Shown here: positions 47,356-60,673 of the stretch, in pieces
How the letters are laid out: each line of letters opens with the position of its first letter
Numbering within the stretch: the first letter of the stretch is position 1
Assembly: GCF_021028975.2 (NCBI RefSeq)
Contig: NC_059438.1
Location: forward strand, 26,412,001 to 26,476,000
DNA: 64,000 nucleotides
Origin: Sphaerodactylus townsendi
Taxonomy: Eukaryota
Direction of reading: 5' to 3'
Position numbers and translations under genes: made by a program
Notes under the pieces: model-generated
What the model was told of the DNA's origin: nothing
What the model saw: only the letters and a program-made list of their open reading frames with translations
The model's database searches: none

Positions 47356-49045
47356 ATGCTGTGTAATGCCAAGTCCATCAACAATCAGACCAGGGCACTA
47401 CTGGATTATCTTGTAGCGTATAAGGTGGACCCGGCATGTGTAACCAAGACCTGGATGCAGGAAGCTGAAACTGTCACCTTAAAAGAGATTGCCCCCCATC
47501 CATATTTTTCAGTGCTTCATCGGTCCTGGACCAAGGACCTGGGTGGGGGGAGTAGCGATCCGCATCTGGGAGTATTTCTCCTTCAGGGCAATCCCCGTCC
47601 CAAAAATCATTGGCATTGATTGTGCTGGTCTGGTGTGGTGTGGGAAGCAGTGGAGTATTCGGCTATTCAGCTGGTGTACCAACCACCTAACGCACCAGCA
47701 GATGCCCTGCCAAGCCTGTTGAAAGTTGTTACAGATTGGGCCTTGAGGTTCCCCAAACTGATAATGTTGGGGGATTTAAACATCCATGTAGACTTGGCCT
47801 CTTCATGACAGGCTTTGGAACTGGGGTCATCTTTGGCAGCATTAGGCCTCTCCCTGGCTAGCAGGTCCCACATATCTAACAGGCCACACGAGGGATTCAA
47901 TTTGTGGATCTGGTGTTTGTAGAGTGCCATGGTCAGACCACTTTGCCCTGGAGACAGTGTCCCTGTGTAGGCAATGAGCGGATTTATGCTCTCCCACAGA
48001 GACTTATGGATCCAATTGGTTTCCAGAATACTCTGCAGGATCCAATGCCCCCTGTTGCCCCATTGGATGAGCTGGTGGAGAACTAGAATTGCCATCTCTC
48101 CAAAGCCATTGAGGAGGTTGCTTCCTGATAGCCCCTGCATCCCCACCCAGAGGCCTAGCTCCAAGGGGGCAGGGGGCACAACGCACTGGGCAAGCACCCC
48201 TGTGGGGGCATGGCAGGGGCGTTCCAGGGCGGGACGGGGGAGGAGGATGCACCAGTGCACCAAGCACCTTTCCCCCTTGCTATGCCTCTGCCCCCACCAA
48301 AACCCAGCACCCTAGTATACTAGAGAGCTGAGGAAGATGAAGCAGGAGTTGAGACATCTAGAGCAAATTTGGTGGTGAGCTCATGACGAGGCTACAAGAA
48401 CCATTTAAGGGACATTTATGAAATCCTATGAGAAAGAATTTTTACATCCTCCACTGAGTCTGCTAGCTCATGCCTGACCCAATTGTTTAGGGTAGTTCAG
48501 TCTTTTACGTCCCTCCCAGAGGGACCTAACACGATTAGTGATTTGAGATTTGGCTGTGAGGCTTTTATGAGCCTTTTTGCTCATTTTTGTTGCACAATGT
48601 TGTTGCTCCACTGGGACCTTCTCGTCAATACTGATACAGTAAGTGAGCTGGAGGCCCCTTGGCTGTCTTCAGGCCTTTATTGGACCATTTCAGTCTACTC
48701 TCCCAAATTGAGGTAGACAGGACCCTGGCAGCTGTGAAACCAACTACTTGCCCCTGAGATCTGTGCCCCTCATGGCTGGTCAAGGCCAGTAGTGATGGGG
48801 TGTGAAATTGTCAACCTGTCCTTAGAGACGGGGACTTTCCCAGAACGGCTGAAGGAGGGTGTGAAACAGCTCTTGAAGACACCATCTTCAGATCCATTAG
48901 ATCTGATTAACTACTGCCCAGTTCTGAATTTGTTATTTCTGGCAATGCACTTACAGCAGTTCCTTGATGAGACTTTGGGATTGGATCCATTTCAGTATGG
49001 CCATGGGGCGGAGACCGTGCTGATTGCTGTCACAGATGACCTCCA
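47356..49045 (+). mobile_element. Decayed L2-clade LINE ORF2 (APE endonuclease and start of RT)
   Basis: Frameshifted motifs LCNAKSINNQT..VDPACVTKTW, VYQPPN, LGDLNIH, VNLSLETGTFPERLKEG, NYCPVLNL, LDPFQ..GHGAETVLIAVTDDL. Confidence 0.9.
48148..48290. mobile_element. hAT MITE nested in L2
   Basis: cagaggcctagc / gctatgcctctg; TSD tccccacc/cccccacc. Confidence 0.8.
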
Positions 49046-49434
49046 GTCCTGTAACAAAGGCTTACTGTCTACATAACACAGTAGGATCTTACATGCAGCT
49101 GGCACTTCAGTTGGTTTCAGTACATGTGCGGGGTTCCAATAGCAATGGCAAAATCCATGGGGAGGAGAAAGGAGAGTGGAATAGGAATGCAGGTTACATC
49201 ATAGGTACTAATTTATGGTACAAATAAATAGGTTCTAACTTATGGTACGTTGGTACAAATCAGGTCTGAGGCAACCCCCAGACCTGAAAAACCCCTGCTG
49301 GGTTCCTCTGCTCTCCCATAGGAGCTGCAGCTGATTCCAAACTCAGACCGGAAGTCCACCTTCCAGATGTAAAATCCTGATGGATTTGAGTTACTCTAAC
49401 TGGAAGGAAAAAAGAAAAGAAAGGAGGAGAGGGG

Positions 49435-49695
49435 GAGGCCATGTTGATGGAGACTGTACTGCTTCAACCATACGCCTGGAGGAACAGCTCTGTTTTACAA
49501 GCCCTGCAGAACTGCATCGCATGCCACAGGGCCTGGGTCTCACTGGACAGAGCATTCCACCAGGTTGGGGTCAGGGCCAAGAAACCCCTGGTTGAGATCA
49601 GCTGGATAGCTTTCAGGCTGGAAATCATCAATAGGTTTTCATTCGCTGAATGCAGCGATCTTTGAGGGACGTACCAGGAAAGACGGCTCCATATT
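49435..49695 (-). mobile_element. L2 LINE fragment
   Basis: Reverse complement of the 52800-53020 segment. Confidence 0.75.
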
Positions 49696-50586
49696 TACAC
49701 TGTCTCCGGATGCATGGCCCATGCAGAAACAGAATCAGAATGGGTCCAAAGCTCCTAAATGTGGAATGCCCATCCCTTCTCACTTCACTTGGAGCTGTTG
49801 CTAACAATCTTTAGTGTCCAAGCAAATACCCTTTTCATTCCGAAAAGCTTTTGTTTGGAGGATTCGCCCTTCTGTTTCTGCACCTCTGTTCTGTTCTTTT
49901 TTTTAAATCGTCGTTCATCATTTTTACAGCTCTCGATTTTTGTAGCAGCCCATTTTAGTATTTTTGGTTGTGTTACGGATTTGCATTTGGTCATCTTGCG
50001 AGTCACCTTAAATGTTAACCCAAAAGTCCTGCACAAACTTCTTCAAAAGAAAGATGAAATAAGCACTAAGGGGAAGATTGCTAGAGGACTGTTCTGATCA
50101 AGCATCTTGTGTGTGTTGTTCTGAGCAAGAAAGATCCCAAATATTCTGTCGGGGTGGGGGGGGGGGGTACAGAGTATTTTGTCTGGAGCTTAGTGTGGCT
50201 CTTGGCAGCGCTGTGGAGAAGAGAAGAAAGAGGTCTCCATACGCTCTCTGCTTGTCAAACATCCATATGGCATAATCCATACTGCAAACTCTAACTGGGT
50301 GAGTTGACTGAAATCCCTTCCAAACATAACATATATTCACATCAGCAGCCTTCCAACAAAGTTCCGCTGGAGAAAATGGCTGCTTTGGAGGTTGGACCTT
50401 GTGGCACTACGCCCTGCTGAGATCCCACCCTCCCCAGGCCCCACCCCAACATCTCTAGGTATTTCCCAATCCAGAGCGGCAATCCCATTTGGTATGCATG
50501 ACGTGACTGCTGAATGTTATTGAGGGTTCTGATTTAGAAGCCGTCAAAGCCCGCAGAATTACACACATTCCCTTTGTTCAGATAAC

Positions 50587-51165
50587 ATGGTAATCATACA
50601 TAAGGCTTTGCGTGGCTTGGGACCTTCCTACCTTCAGGACCGTCTTACCCCACATGTCCCAGCTCAGTCTCTGCGCTCAGCAGAGGCCAATCTTCTGGTT
50701 GTCCCTGGCCCCTTTATGATGTGGCTGGCCTCCACTAGGGCCAGGGCTTTTATGGCCCTGGCCCCTGCCTCGTGGAACAGCCTCCCTCCATCTGTCCAGG
50801 CCCTGTGGGACCTTGGTGAGTTCCGCAGGGCCTGTAAGACTGAGCTGTTCCACTGGGCTTTTTTTTGGGGGGGGATCGGCTGCTGAGGGTGCCCCCTGCT
50901 TCCTACCCCCTTCCTCTTGTTTTCTGTTTTGTTTTAACTATGTGGCCCATTTTAGTGGGGGCCTGTTGGGTTCCCCACGAGGGTTTGGTTTTAGTTCTCG
51001 GATGTTGGTTGTATTGTTGTTTACTGGTTTTAGTAATGAGACAGAGCTTATATTATATTTGTATTGGTTTTAACTTTTGCCCTATCTGTATATGTTCATT
51101 TTGTACACCGCCCTGAGCCCTTCGGGGGAGGGTGCTATATAAATCCAATAATAAATAAATAAATA
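50587..51165 (+). mobile_element. L2 LINE 3' fragment
   Basis: HKALRGLGPSYLQDRL...RAFMALAPASWNSLP...FRRACKTELF; 3' end ccgccctgagcccttcggggg...(TAAA)n. Confidence 0.9.
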
Positions 51166-51339
51166 TCAGGAGCACTGTAGGCAGCAGTTACTCTTGATAC
51201 ATGTGGCTGTAGGGTTGCCACAAATACCAACAGATTTTGAGGGTGGAGACTGCAGAGGGTGAGATTTGGGGATGGGAAGGATGTCGATGGAGTATAATGC
51301 CATAGAGTCCACCTTCCAAAGCAGCCGTCTTCTCCAGGT

Positions 51340-51580
51340 GAAGAAGAAAAAGAAGAGTTTGGATTTATAGCCATTTTTCTCAACCTTGTGGCTTACAAAC
51401 TCCTTCCCTTCCTTTCCTCACAACAGAGACCTTGTGAGGCAGACGTGGCTGAGAGAGTTCTCAGAAAACTGTGACTAGCCCAAGGTCACCCGTCAGGCTT
51501 CATATGGAGGAGTAGGGAAAAAACCCCTGGTTCCCCAGGTTAGAGTCCACCACTCTTAACCACTACATCATGCTGGCTCT
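51340..51580 (-). mobile_element. Squam3-like SINE nested in a TAGGGTTGCCA element
   Basis: SINE interrupts an otherwise contiguous 51210-51646 element. Confidence 0.82.
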
Positions 51581-52774
51581 CTATTGCCTGGAGATCAGTT
51601 GCAGTAGCAGGACATCTTCAGCTACCACCTGGAGGTTGGCACCCCTATGTGGCTGCCAAGGTCATGGTACAAGCGAACACAACGGTCTGAACAGGTTTTG
51701 ACTTCTGTTCTCCTTGAAGAATGGGAACGGACGGCAAGGAGTTATCCTCACACAGCTGGCCTGGCCCGCACTTGTTTACCTCCGGTTATCTCTCTCCCGT
51801 TGCTCCTAATCTCACCTCCTGCTCTCCCTCCTGACTGCAAGAGAAGATTAGCTGCCATAAGAAAGATAACCGGCGAGAAGCAAGAGAAGGAGACAGGCCG
51901 CCAGCAGTTCTCCTTCCCCATGGCTTCAAGTCCCTCCGGCTTTCTTTGCCTGTCAGGAGGCAGCCTTCGTGGTACTGAAGAGGCAGGATTGGGCGTTTTC
52001 CCCCCCTCTCCACAGAGTAAGCGTAGCATGCAGCCGTCGTGCCCAGTGGCCCCTGAGGCGGCTAACACTTTCTATGCCATATATAAGGCTTTAAAGTTTT
52101 TCAAAAATACAAACACAACATGGTCAAAGCAGGCATCTGACTGGCTTCCAAAGGCCTTTTGAAATTACAAAGTTATCAAATTATTCTCCTAGAAGTACCT
52201 AATGACTGACTCTGATGGGTTTCTCTTGGGAGGGCATTTCAAAGTCATTCCAAGCAAGGCAGAAAGCCAGCATAATGTAGTGGTTGAGAGCAGCAGACTC
52301 GAATCTAAAGAACCGGGTTCAATTCCCCATTCCTCCATATAGAACCTGCTGGGTGACCTTCGGCTACTCACAGTTCCCTCAGACTCAGTCCACACGGAGG
52401 CAGGCAGTGGTAAACTCCCCCTGAACCTGTCTTGCCTTAAAACTCTTATAGGGGACCTGTAACTTGATAGCACACACATCAAGCAAGAAATGTACGCTTA
52501 CTTCTTCTGCAACCTCAAAACACTTTCAGGACACATATAGTTCTAACAGCACATAATTCAAACCGCCTCTCTGGACCCCTTAACTTACTCCTGCTTGGGT
52601 GGCTTCAGCCAATGGGTAGATCTTCACAGGTTTCTGAAACAAGCAAGGTCCAGCTAAGGGTGATGTGTTGGAGACAATTCCAGAGGGAAACAATGAAGGG
52701 TTTCCCATGTGGAAGGTTATTTCCTCTACTGAAGAGTGTTCAATAGAGTTAACCTTTGGTGTTAACCCTTAAAG

Positions 52775-53305
52775 CCCTAAACAGGCTGGGACCTGTGTCC
52801 CTTGAAGGTCGTTGCGGTCAACCAATAAAATTTTTTGATGATCCCTAGCCCAGGCAAGATCCATCTGGCCTCAACCAGGGCTGGTGCTTTCTGAGCTCTG
52901 CACCCTGCCTGGTGGAATGCTCTGTCCAGGGAAACCAGGGCCCTGTGAGATTTTATGCAATTCTGCAGGGCCTGCAAGACAGAGCTGTTCCATCGGACAT
53001 ACGGTTGAGGCAGCAACGGTGTGGCATCAAAATAGCCCCCCCCCCCCCAAGTTTTTCCTTTTAGGTTTTCCCCGTCAGGTTTTTTCCCGTATGATGGGAT
53101 TGTGTGTATATTGATTAAAAGGGGACTCAGATGTTAGTGAATGTGAGAATCTATGAGTGTCCTCTCTGATATATTTCAGATTGTAAATAGTATTTTTGTA
53201 CTGAGGTTTTAAACTATTTATTGTTGTTTTATGTATTGGGTTTGATTGTTCTGAACCACCCTAGGTCTTCCAGGGAAGGGTGGTGAATAAATAAATAAAT
53301 AAACA
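52775..53305 (+). mobile_element. L2 LINE 3' fragment
   Basis: Homologous to 50587-51165, with (TAAA)n tail. Confidence 0.8.
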
Positions 53306-53312
53306 ATCAAAC

Positions 53313-53378
53313 GAATGAATGAATGAATGAATGAATGAATGAATGAATGAATGAATGAATGAATGAATGAATGAATGA
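53313..53378. repeat. (GAAT)n microsatellite
   Basis: About 16 units following an L2 tail. Confidence 0.97.
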
Positions 53379-53596
53379 CATTGATTCATAAATATGGAAG
53401 GTGCAGTCTTTAACTGTAAGGGGTTTCAAACAGTTCAAAGGGTAAAGTCACAAAGCAGACTTTGAATGTTTATCAATGTACCTGGGCAAATGTCAGAATC
53501 TTTTGCAATTCCTCACTGGAAATCTTAAGAATTGTTGTTAAATGTTCACTTATACCATATTCAGACATTGCACCCAAATACCTGCATGGTTTAGGC

Positions 53597-53734
53597 CAGG
53601 GGTGTCCAACTCTGGTGCTTCAGATGTTCATAAACTACAATTCCCATCAGCTGCTGCTGGCATGGTCATGCCAGCCGGGGCTGATGGGAATTGTAGTTCA
53701 TGAACATCTGAAGCACCAGAGTTGGACACCCCTG
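53597..53734. mobile_element. Palindromic hAT MITE
   Basis: CAGGGGTGTCCAACTCTGG...CCAGAGTTGGACACCCCTG; perfect TSD gtttaggc. Confidence 0.93.
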
Positions 53735-54364
53735 GTTTAGGCCATCAAAATATACATGCCCATCAAAACTTATAGTAATCTCTTTGGTTGCTGCATGCAC
53801 CATCTAACTCTTATGTTGGACAAAGGGACTGTGCATTACCATGCTTCGCATTGAAAGGATGGCATCCGTTTTTGATTAAGATGCCAATAATTGTGAGAGC
53901 ATTTGAGAGTGCTCGGGATGGCCAGAAGAATTCCTTAAAACCAGATTTCTCTTTCCTGAGCCCCATTCCACAGTTATATTGTTTCTCTTATTGTGCAATC
54001 CTAAACAGAATTACACTCTTCTAAGTTCATTGACTTCAAAGGGCTTAAAAGGATATATAACTCCACTTAGGATTGCACTGAAGTACTAATTAACAACAGA
54101 AAAGTTTCAGGCTGAAAACTAAGGACAGGGCATTTGAAAAAGAGTTAACAGATGTCCTTCAAATTGCTCCTGGCCTAATAGCAAAGCTGCAGTAATTTAC
54201 TCGATGCGGTGTTTATTTAGCTGCTGAAGACATCGAGGGTATCATAATCATACGCATGCTGCAACAGATAATTGTGAAAATTGTGTTGTAGAAAGCAATG
54301 CATTCAAGAATGTGCACCCTAGCTTTCCTCTTCCTGTTCCCCACACCCCACTATAGCAAAACTT

Positions 54365-54990
54365 TACAGAACCTGAGAGATGATAAATAGATCTAAGCTT
54401 TCAGATCGTTTTTAACCTTTATCATACAAGGAAATGTGTTCAGGGAAGCATGTGGACTCTACCTTTCTTCTTCCTTCCCAAAAAGATGTTCCATGGAGAA
54501 TCTGACTGACTCGGGAAAGAGACAGATATTCCAAAGGATCCGAGTTTTGTGATAACTGTTAAAATAGTATCACCTCAGGAATGCATTTAGGAAATCATAG
54601 GTATCCTGTTCTCCTCCTCCTAAACCCAGGGGAGAGGGTATATCACAGAGAATTTCCCTGAGGTAGATATAGGTAATATTGAGTTTTGTGATAATTATTA
54701 AAATTGTGTCATATAAGGAATGCGTTCAGGAAAGAATATGGATCCTTCTATCTCCCTGTAGAGAATCTGAGCTAACAACTGAGAGGATAAGGGGGAATAT
54801 GTGAAAAGATCTAAGTTTTGTGAGAAACTGCAATCCCGGTCCTGGAAAAGCTGAGAATATAAACCCTGCTACCAAGTAGAGAATCTGGCGAAACAATGCC
54901 GAGAGAGAAATATTGGAAAAGATCTAAGTTCTGTGAGAAACTAGAATCCAAATCCTGGAAAAGCTCAGAAAAGCTCAGAAAAGCTCTGCT
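54365..54990 (+). repeat. Degenerate tandem array, about 5 units of roughly 113-147 bp
   Basis: Recurring anchors gatctaag/gatccgag-ttttgtga(t/g)aa at about 54390, 54537, 54677, 54808 and 54921, plus recurring gagaatctg and aggaatgc. Confidence 0.75.
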
Positions 54991-54993
54991 GGC

Positions 54994-55139
54994 NNNNNNN
55001 NNNNNNNNNNNNNNNNNNNNNNNNNNNNNNNNNNNNNNNNNNNNNNNNNNNNNNNNNNNNNNNNNNNNNNNNNNNNNNNNNNNNNNNNNNNNNNNNNNNN
55101 NNNNNNNNNNNNNNNNNNNNNNNNNNNNNNNNNNNNNNN
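54994..55139. other. Assembly gap (146 N)
   Basis: Run of N. Confidence 1.
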
Positions 55140-58100
55140 CTTAATACCCACATAAAATACACACACGCACACAAAGAAAGAAGGAAAGAAAGAAACAGCG
55201 GCATTGTTCCTGGGTAATGTATAGCAACCTTACAGAATTTCAGTGAAGGAGAAAGCAGGGGGGGGGAAAACACCTTATTACTTCTAACTCCTGCGAGCCA
55301 TTTTGGTCTCCAAAGGTTTGAGACCGCCCCCGGCCATGTGTCTGCAGTGTTTCGGGAAATGACTTGCCTTCGCACGAACACGGCTCTGCTCTGAAGCACC
55401 GCTGCCCCCCGGCATCCCCGCACCGTGCCTGCTTAACCCTTCCATCCCCACAGCTGCCTGCCTGCCTGCCTTGGGAAGCTTTTCTCCTTCTTTTTTTAAA
55501 AAAAAATAGATACCTTTTGGAGCAGAGAGGATTTGTATAAGCGGCACCCACGCACTCACACACACAGACACACACAGCTTCCCATCTCAGAGACACAAAC
55601 AGAGGAGGGCTTTTCTTTCACTCAGAAAGACATTTAAAGTGGGGGGGGGGGAGTGATTTTCTGGTGTTTTGATTTACTACTGAGATGAAAAGGTCCAAGT
55701 TTGAATGTACTTTTCAAAGGACCAGAGAGGGCCTTTTCATCTCAGTAAAAACGGGCAGGGTGAATGTCTAAATACTCGTGGGGCTGGAGGAAATGACATT
55801 ATAGGGTGGCCATACTCCTGCTGGGGTCTGGAATTATAGCTGATCTCCAGACGATAGAAATCAGTTTCCCCTGAGAAAATGGCTGCTCTGGAAAGTGGTC
55901 TCTATGGCATTATACCTGTCTGAGGTCTTGCCCCTCCCCAAACCTTGCCCTCCCCAGGTTGTACCCCCAAAATCTTCAGATATTTCCCAATCCAGAGTTA
56001 GCAACCTTACTTCCATGACAACAACAACCCCCTCCGGGACACAGAGACATATCTCTTGACCTTTTTTTCTTCTGTGTGTTTGTTACACTCTGAAAGGTGG
56101 ATTCTTTGGCATTACAGCCGGCTGAGGTTTTCCCCTCCCAGGGCTCCTCTCCCAAATCTCCTAAAATTTCCCGACCCGGAGTTGGCAACCCTAAGCTAGG
56201 GAGCAAACCTCAGCAGGCCTACTTGGAAGCAAGTCCCGTGTTCTTCCATGCGACTTGCTCCTAAGAGAATGTCATTAACATTGCAGCCTCCCCTATGTGA
56301 AGCCCTTGAGAGTAATTCTAAAGTCGTAGTCATGTCATGGTGTAAAAATAAACAGGACTCTCAGTAGCAGCTTGAAGACTGAGATTTCGTTCCAGAATAA
56401 ACTTTTGTGGACTAGGGCCCACTTCATCACAACATAGGATTTCCAGCTCCAGATTGGGAATTTTCTGGAGATTTGTGGGTAGATCATGGAAGAGGGGAAG
56501 AGAGGTCCTCCATAAGATATAATGCCATAGAGTCAACCCACTAAAACCACAGTTTTCTCCAGAGAGACTGATCTCTACAGTCTCGAGATTAGCTGTACTT
56601 GTGAAAGAGCTCCAGGTCCCACCTGGAGGCTGGCAACTGTACCAGTTAGGCAGCCATTTTATGCAGGAGGCTTGGGATGGGAAAACAAACAGTAGGATGA
56701 AGGAACCATGAACTGGGAGACATTCAGGGTGAAATATAATCATGTGCACAAGGTTACTAGTAAATGATTTCTGCACATTTATTTCCATGATAGTAAACTT
56801 GTTAGGACCTTGCTGCATGAGGGTTTTTTTTCCTGTAACTTTGTCATCCTCCTATCAAAAACATTCGCACAATTCACTTATTGCATTTAAGAAGGAAGTG
56901 GCCATTCTGGCAGGGGCTCATGGGAATCGTAGTCCATTAACATCTGGAGGGCCAGAGTTGGACACCCTGTGCTAGACAGGAATGAGCAATTCGTGGAGTG
57001 GAAAGTTTGGCGAGAAACCTCACTGGAGTTTTATGTCATATAGTGCCAACCTCATACTCATAGTAGCCATGTTCTCCAGGGAAACTGATCTTTGTCGTCT
57101 GAAGGGCAGTTCTTGTTTATTTAATAATTAAAACATTTCTACCTCTCCTTTCTTTGTGGGTCAAGGCAGCTTAAAATAACGGCTACCACAGTGGGAAACA
57201 TTCTGAAAAACACCAAAAATAAAATAGCAACCCCCAAATCTCTCCCTCCCTTCCTCACTTGAGAGATTTTGGGAGAGTTTCAGGCCCTACCAGGAAGTTG
57301 GAACCCCAGTGCTAGAATACCTCTACTGTAGCAAAATTACGTTAATCTACAAGGTGACTCCTCCTGTTTGTGGATGTATCAATTAGGAGCCTTAATCTTG
57401 CTTCTCACTAAATTTCCCACTAAAGGTAGCCTTAGACAATCTCAGCTGTAACAGTGCTGATTCCGGCCTACAGGGCTTTTGGAAATTGACAAGAAATAAG
57501 AATTGAGGGCCAAGCAGGTATAGCTAGAATGGGGTCAGGGTGGCCTGCAGTCAAATACCAACTCAGTCATGCAGTTCTCTGGGCATCCTTGGGTTATTTC
57601 TCTAAGCTTAACCTCCCTCACAGGGTTGTTGTGAGGCCACAATGAGAGAAGAGGACAATGTATGCCACCCTGAGTTCTGTGGTGGAAGGATGGGATTTTT
57701 AAAAAAGGAGGAGAGAGAGATGATTGAATTTTTTGCCTCAGCTTGGGTGACTGCAATCTAAGTAAAGGGTTTCAGTCACCACACTGTGCTGTTCAAAAAG
57801 TGGGATGAAGTATGTAATGGAGGAAAGGGAGGAAGGTGGCTTTCCCTTGTGTCCTTCTGAAAGGAGTTGTGGGCACTCAAAATGCACAAGGATTTCTGGG
57901 GTGAGGCAACTGAAAGCAGTGCACAATCTAAGAAGTGTATCCCAGAATCCCTTGCAATGTTGCCAAGGGTGCCAGGTCACATATAGCTGTAGGCAATCCC
58001 AGCGTTGAGTTCTCCCTCTCACCTTCCACAACACTGCAAGGGATGCTGTGCTGACACATCTCTGATTGTGCAGCAGCTTGTGGAAGTAAAAGGTCTAGAG

Positions 58101-59254
58101 GCAGACTTGGGTCTACCCTACGGACACGGACACACGCTTCCCCTGAAACCAAAAAAAGGAAGAGATGTAAAAATGCACAGGAGTAAAACACTAATTCTTT
58201 TTTTTCATAGCTCTGGGGTGGGGGAACCTCTGGACAATTCCAAGTCAAGGAAAATAAAAGAGCGAGAGAAAGTGACAGTGTGGGAGAGCCCACAAAAATA
58301 TTCTACACTTCCACGAACAGGAACAAACAGCTCTTGACACCAATAAAACCCAGCACTTCTGAACGAAAGAGAAAAGAAGAGATATGGCTGGAGCGGCTAA
58401 GTGGTTAATGCAATTCCTAAGTGTTTGGCCCTCATTGCAATTTAGTGCAAGTGCGATTATTACACAATAAACAGACTATGTTGTCTGGAAGCAAATTTTT
58501 ATGAGAATGGCTGAAGGGGCTGCAACTTATTTAGCTGCTGAAACTCCCGAGGAAGAAGCGGCGGATGCTAATGCTACAGATCAGAAACACCCAGGTACAG
58601 AAGAGAGGTTACTTTGGGGTCACTACTATGGTAACTAGTCCTACTAGACCTTTTTAAATTAAGTGAGTAGTTTAAAACGGTCTTTGCGTAAAGGCCGTTC
58701 TTAACAAAGGATGCTGTACGCTGCTATACAATAAAGCATGCTGTAAATCTGGCAAAGCAATGGGTTTTTTTATTTTTTAGAAAGAATATCATGTTCCAAA
58801 TACATCCAACCCGCAAAAACAGGCAGGCACTTTTCAAGTTCTGGTTGAATTACAACCAAATGTACCTTTTTTCCGAGAAGACTTGCAAGAAGCTAAGGAA
58901 TTCCTAAATGTCGGAGACAGATAAAAGAGAAACTGGAAGGATAAATAACAGCTCAAAATTGGACCATGATGTGGACTGGCAGTCGAGAGAAATGAGGGTA
59001 AGTAGCATTTGACAAAAATTAAAGGTAGCCATGATAGCTTGCTGAAAAATCCTAAAACAACTGTTCTTGCCATTTTTTTTACGACCATCCAAAATATTAC
59101 AGAAAAGATGCAAGTTTTCAGGTTCCTCAGAACTCTTCTTCAGGATTGGATGCCCAGCACAAAGCATGGAAAAAGGAGAGGGGAAAGAGAACGTAAACAA
59201 TTTCCCTTCTGAGGCTGTAAGAAGCTTGGGCTGAACCCGGCTTAAAAGCTTAGG

Positions 59255-59392
59255 GGCTCATTCCTTTACACGCAGAATAAATGCACTTTCAGAAGCTGCT
59301 TAGAGGGCTTCTTTGAAGCTGTCTTCTTGAATGGCAAAAACAGTTGTGAAAGCAGCTTGAAAGTGTATTATTTTGCGTGTGCAGAATGAGCC
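59255..59392. mobile_element. PIF/Harbinger-type MITE
   Basis: GGCTCATTC...GAATGAGCC termini with TTA nearby on both sides; internal similarity to 1983-2122. Confidence 0.75.
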
Positions 59393-60475
59393 TTAGTTTC
59401 GCTAGTTCCAATAGGGTTTGGGCGCAACTTGAAAGCTGTTTCACGCCCAGAACCACCCATTCCAACTAGTTCCGCTGCCCAGTCTTGATTCCTTTTTAAG
59501 ATCCAATTTGCACAATGCTCGTGTCCTGAGTTCTATGCCTCCCAAGTACCTAGGAACCATATTCCGATCACGACCACAGAGCAGATGGAGAAGGGGCTTC
59601 AGTTTCCCCTCCACCAACTATTCTCATAACCCAAAGTAGCCCCAGGGCTATGGGCTCTGGCTTGGAAACTTACATATAGTTTGGTCATCATTACTTGTAA
59701 TTTTCCCCAGTTGCACAAACAGCAGCTTACTGGGCTGTTTCAATTCATGAAAACAACACAAGGTGAGGGCTTGATGCCCTTTCTGCATATGAACCACAGT
59801 TTTGCTTCGAATACAACCTATGTGCATCTGGAAAGCGCAGGATTACTGACATAACCTGTGATACAAAGTCCTTGTGAAAGCACCGAGGACGAGATTGTGT
59901 GAATCAGCCTGAAGAACCTACGAATGCCACAATATAATTTGTTATCCCTCAGAATGGCATTTTGTGTCATTCTCTTCCCACCTTTTTTGAAACCGATCAT
60001 TCCATTCTGGCTTCCTCAAAGCTTTCCAGGGTGCTCTGTAGGAATCTTTTTGGTGGTCCTAAAGAAATCCCATGGCTATTGCTTTTGGCATTGCATTAGG
60101 ATGGCTAAGTATTTGTGAAGGTGAATTTTAAAAAGAATTGGGTTTGGGAGATTATAAAAGGAGTTTTTAGTGGTGGAAAGTGCTGGGACCTCGTGGATGT
60201 ATGGCAACCCCAGAGGGTTTCCAAGGCAAGAAATTGTTTACCGTTGCCTGCCTCTGCATAGCAACTCAAACTTCGTTAGAGTTCTGCAACCCTGTTGCTA
60301 ACCACAGCTGACCCAGTTTACCTTCCAAAGTCTGACAAGATCAAGCTAGCCTGAACATCCAGGTAAAAGGAGTTATGCCTACCAAAAAGACAGAAAAAAT
60401 TGCAGAAGCACTTTTCTATGATTATTTGCCCCTCTGAACTAAGTCTTCATCCTCCCAAGAAATAGATTCAAGAGA

Positions 60476-60673
60476 AGGGTTGCCAATTCCAGGTTGAGAT
60501 ATTTTTGAAGATGCGGGGCTGAGGGGGAGAGACCTCAACAGGGTAGAAGGCCATAAAGTCCACCCTCCAAACCAGCCATTTTCTTCAGAGGAATTAAATT
60601 TCAGTGATGACGTCTGGATATCAGTTGGAATTCTGGGAGATCTCCAGGCCCCATTTGGAGGTTGACAACTCTA
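60476..60673. mobile_element. Representative of an abundant ~200-bp (T)AGGGTTGCCA...TGGCAACCCT(A) element (hAT-Blackjack-like)
   Basis: Conserved core gccatagagtccaccctccaaagcagccattttctccag. Other copies at about 31068-31290, 32723-32920, 38322-38953, 42606-42740, 50345-50490, 51210-51646, 55800-56008, 56090-56193, 56440-56640, 62450-62808. Confidence 0.75.

Noticed and set aside
47667-48263. 198-aa minus-strand ORF
   Set aside because: Antisense to a decayed L2 ORF2 and a nested MITE.
54365-54990. CRISPR-like repeat-spacer pattern
   Set aside because: Vertebrate DNA, no cas genes, degenerate repeats, and the intervening sequences are themselves homologous.
54896-55423. ORFs spanning the N run
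   Set aside because: Artefacts of the assembly gap.
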